Assembly (NCBI GenBank): GCA_964431885.1
Contig: CAYSLK010000138.1
Location: 1-59,011, forward strand
Reading direction: 5' to 3'
Length of the DNA stretch: 59,011 bases
Source: an uncultured Dehalococcoidia bacterium
GTDB lineage: Bacteria; Chloroflexota; Dehalococcoidia; Lucifugimonadales; CAUZEB01
The position numbers were made by a program, and so were the translations under genes. Shown piece after piece: positions 57,824 to 59,011 of the stretch (positions are counted from its first letter, which is position 1; each line of letters opens with the position of its first letter). The notes under the pieces are model-generated. The model was not told where the DNA came from and did not search any database. It worked only from the letters and a program-made list of their open reading frames with translations.

Positions 57824-57984
57824 TTATCTGCTCCTGATCCGTTATTTGAATTTCATGGTACCAGAGGGATTAATAATCCGCACGTTTACATTATCATTAG
57901 CTATGTATATAATTAGCGGCTAATATATTCGATTACTTTTTAGTCCTTATTACTAAAATCGTAACCTTGATAAGGAGATTTTTT

Positions 57985-59011
57985 ATGGTAACTCCAATAG
58001 AGCAGCAATATATAGACTCCCATCCAGGATCAGCTGAAAGAGCATCAGTCGCTAAAGATCTATTTCCCGATGGAGTCACGCACGATGCCAGACGACTAAC
58101 TCCATTTCCTCTATACGTGACACATGCAAGCGGATCTTACAAATGGGATGTAGACGGAAATAGGATTCTCGACTATAGGACTGGCCACGGTTCTATGATT
58201 CTAGGACACTCACATCCCGACATAGTAGCCGCAATAACGAATCAAATATCAAAAGGCACCATGCACAGTGCCTCTACTGATCTCGAAATTCTCTGGGGCC
58301 AATTAGTGCGAGAGCTGATACCAAGTGCAGAGAAAGTACGCTTCCACAGCTCTGGCACCGAGGCAACTATGATGGGTATACGTATGGCGAGAGCATATAC
58401 AGGTAAAACAAAGATCATTAAATTTGAAGATCATTTTCATGGATGGAGTGACTATCTCGTTGCAGGTAGTGACGGCCTTGGTGGTATACCACAAGAAACC
58501 CTCAGTACCATGATAGTCTTACCCCCTAACGACATTTCAATCGTGGAAGATACACTACAAAACAATTCAGATATAGCTGCAATAATACTTGAACCCACCG
58601 GTGCCCACATGGGCCAATTCCCCATAAGGCCCAGTTTCCTAAACGAATTAAGACAGGTTACCGAAAAGTACAAAGTTATCTTAATGTTTGACGAAGTGGT
58701 TACAGGATTCCGAACTTCCAAAGGCGGGGCTCAAGCCTATTACGGAGTGACACCTGATATGACAACGATGGCAAAAATTCTCGGAGGAAGTCTGCCAGGA
58801 GGAGCAGTCTCTGGCAGAGCCGATATAATCAATATGATAGAAACGAGAGAGGATCCGATTTGGAACAAGACTCGGCGTATTGCCCATAACGGCACCTTTA
58901 ATGCAAATCCATTGTCTGCCGCAGCTGGCACGACAGCTTTGAACCTAGTGAAAACAACTCCCGTCAATGAAAAAACAGACGCAAGAGGAAAGCGTTTAAA
59001 AGAAGGGTTAT
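57985..59011 (+). CDS. class III aminotransferase (glutamate-1-semialdehyde aminomutase-like), 3' end beyond window
   Basis: My own translation from ATG 57985 (AAGGAG 7 nt upstream) gives ...GHGSMILGHSHP..., SGTEATMMGIRMARAYTGK, FDEVVTGFR, and TTMAKILGG (PLP Lys). There is no stop before the window end, so it is absent from the ORF track. Confidence 0.85.
   Translation, partial: MVTPIEQQYIDSHPGSAERASVAKDLFPDGVTHDARRLTPFPLYVTHASGSYKWDVDGNRILDYRTGHGSMILGHSHPDIVAAITNQISKGTMHSASTDLEILWGQLVRELIPSAEKVRFHSSGTEATMMGIRMARAYTGKTKIIKFEDHFHGWSDYLVAGSDGLGGIPQETLSTMIVLPPNDISIVEDTLQNNSDIAAIILEPTGAHMGQFPIRPSFLNELRQVTEKYKVILMFDEVVTGFRTSKGGAQAYYGVTPDMTTMAKILGGSLPGGAVSGRADIINMIETREDPIWNKTRRIAHNGTFNANPLSAAAGTTALNLVKTTPVNEKTDARGKRLKEGL

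Noticed and set aside
1-59011. Whole-window reassignment of TGA (genetic code 4 or 25) as the explanation for the in-frame TGAs
   Set aside because: Many well-supported genes terminate at TGA at the expected protein end: greA-like 2910, 2-hydroxyacid dehydrogenase 14125, dgt 18674, DUF362 24126, homocysteine methyltransferase 34084, and LLM 52137. The three recoded TGAs align with catalytic Cys, not Trp or Gly. selB is also present.
1-59011. CRISPR arrays, transposases/IS elements, prophage or defence-system genes
   Set aside because: No direct-repeat/spacer arrays, terminal inverted repeats, integrase or transposase catalytic domains, or nuclease/ATPase defence architectures were recognised in any frame.

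Overview
This 59 kb window is a moderately AT-rich bacterial chromosomal segment, densely coding, with no transposases, integrases, CRISPR arrays or rRNA that I can see. Housekeeping genes are ppdK, a dgt-like gene followed by dnaG and rpoD, proB-proA, thrC, a thiolase, tRNA-Asp(GTC) and selB. They are interspersed with catabolic paralogue families: three amidase-signature enzymes, two LLM flavin/F420 oxidoreductases, two SDRs, two tandem TPP enzymes, two enolase-superfamily enzymes, alpha/beta hydrolases, and CocE/NonD and C69 peptidases. This gene mix resembles marine Chloroflexota/SAR202-type genomes, but that is only a guess. The most interesting locus is 33199-38455 (+ strand). It holds a corrinoid-protein methyltransferase cluster (homocysteine-type methyltransferase, MtaA/UroD-type methyltransferase, B12-binding protein and unknown proteins), followed by two genes the ORF track splits at in-frame TGA codons. 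One is a homologue of the ferredoxin:thioredoxin reductase (FTR) catalytic subunit. Both cysteines of its redox-active disulfide are replaced by TGA, while the four Fe-S ligand cysteines are retained. The other is an adjacent NrdH/glutaredoxin-like protein with a U-G-P-C active site. Each of the three TGAs is followed by a stem-loop at nearly the same distance, as expected for SECIS elements. selB lies 15 kb away, and TGA is an ordinary stop elsewhere in the window. I read this as a selenocysteine-based ferredoxin-to-redoxin relay, with a possible diselenide next to a [4Fe-4S] cluster. Whether it is already described I cannot check here. Secondary observations are a GreA with an integrase-type N-terminal domain beside a decayed tRNA-Leu-like remnant, a possible fourth in-frame TGA, an internally duplicated FSCG protein, and tandem TPP paralogues.
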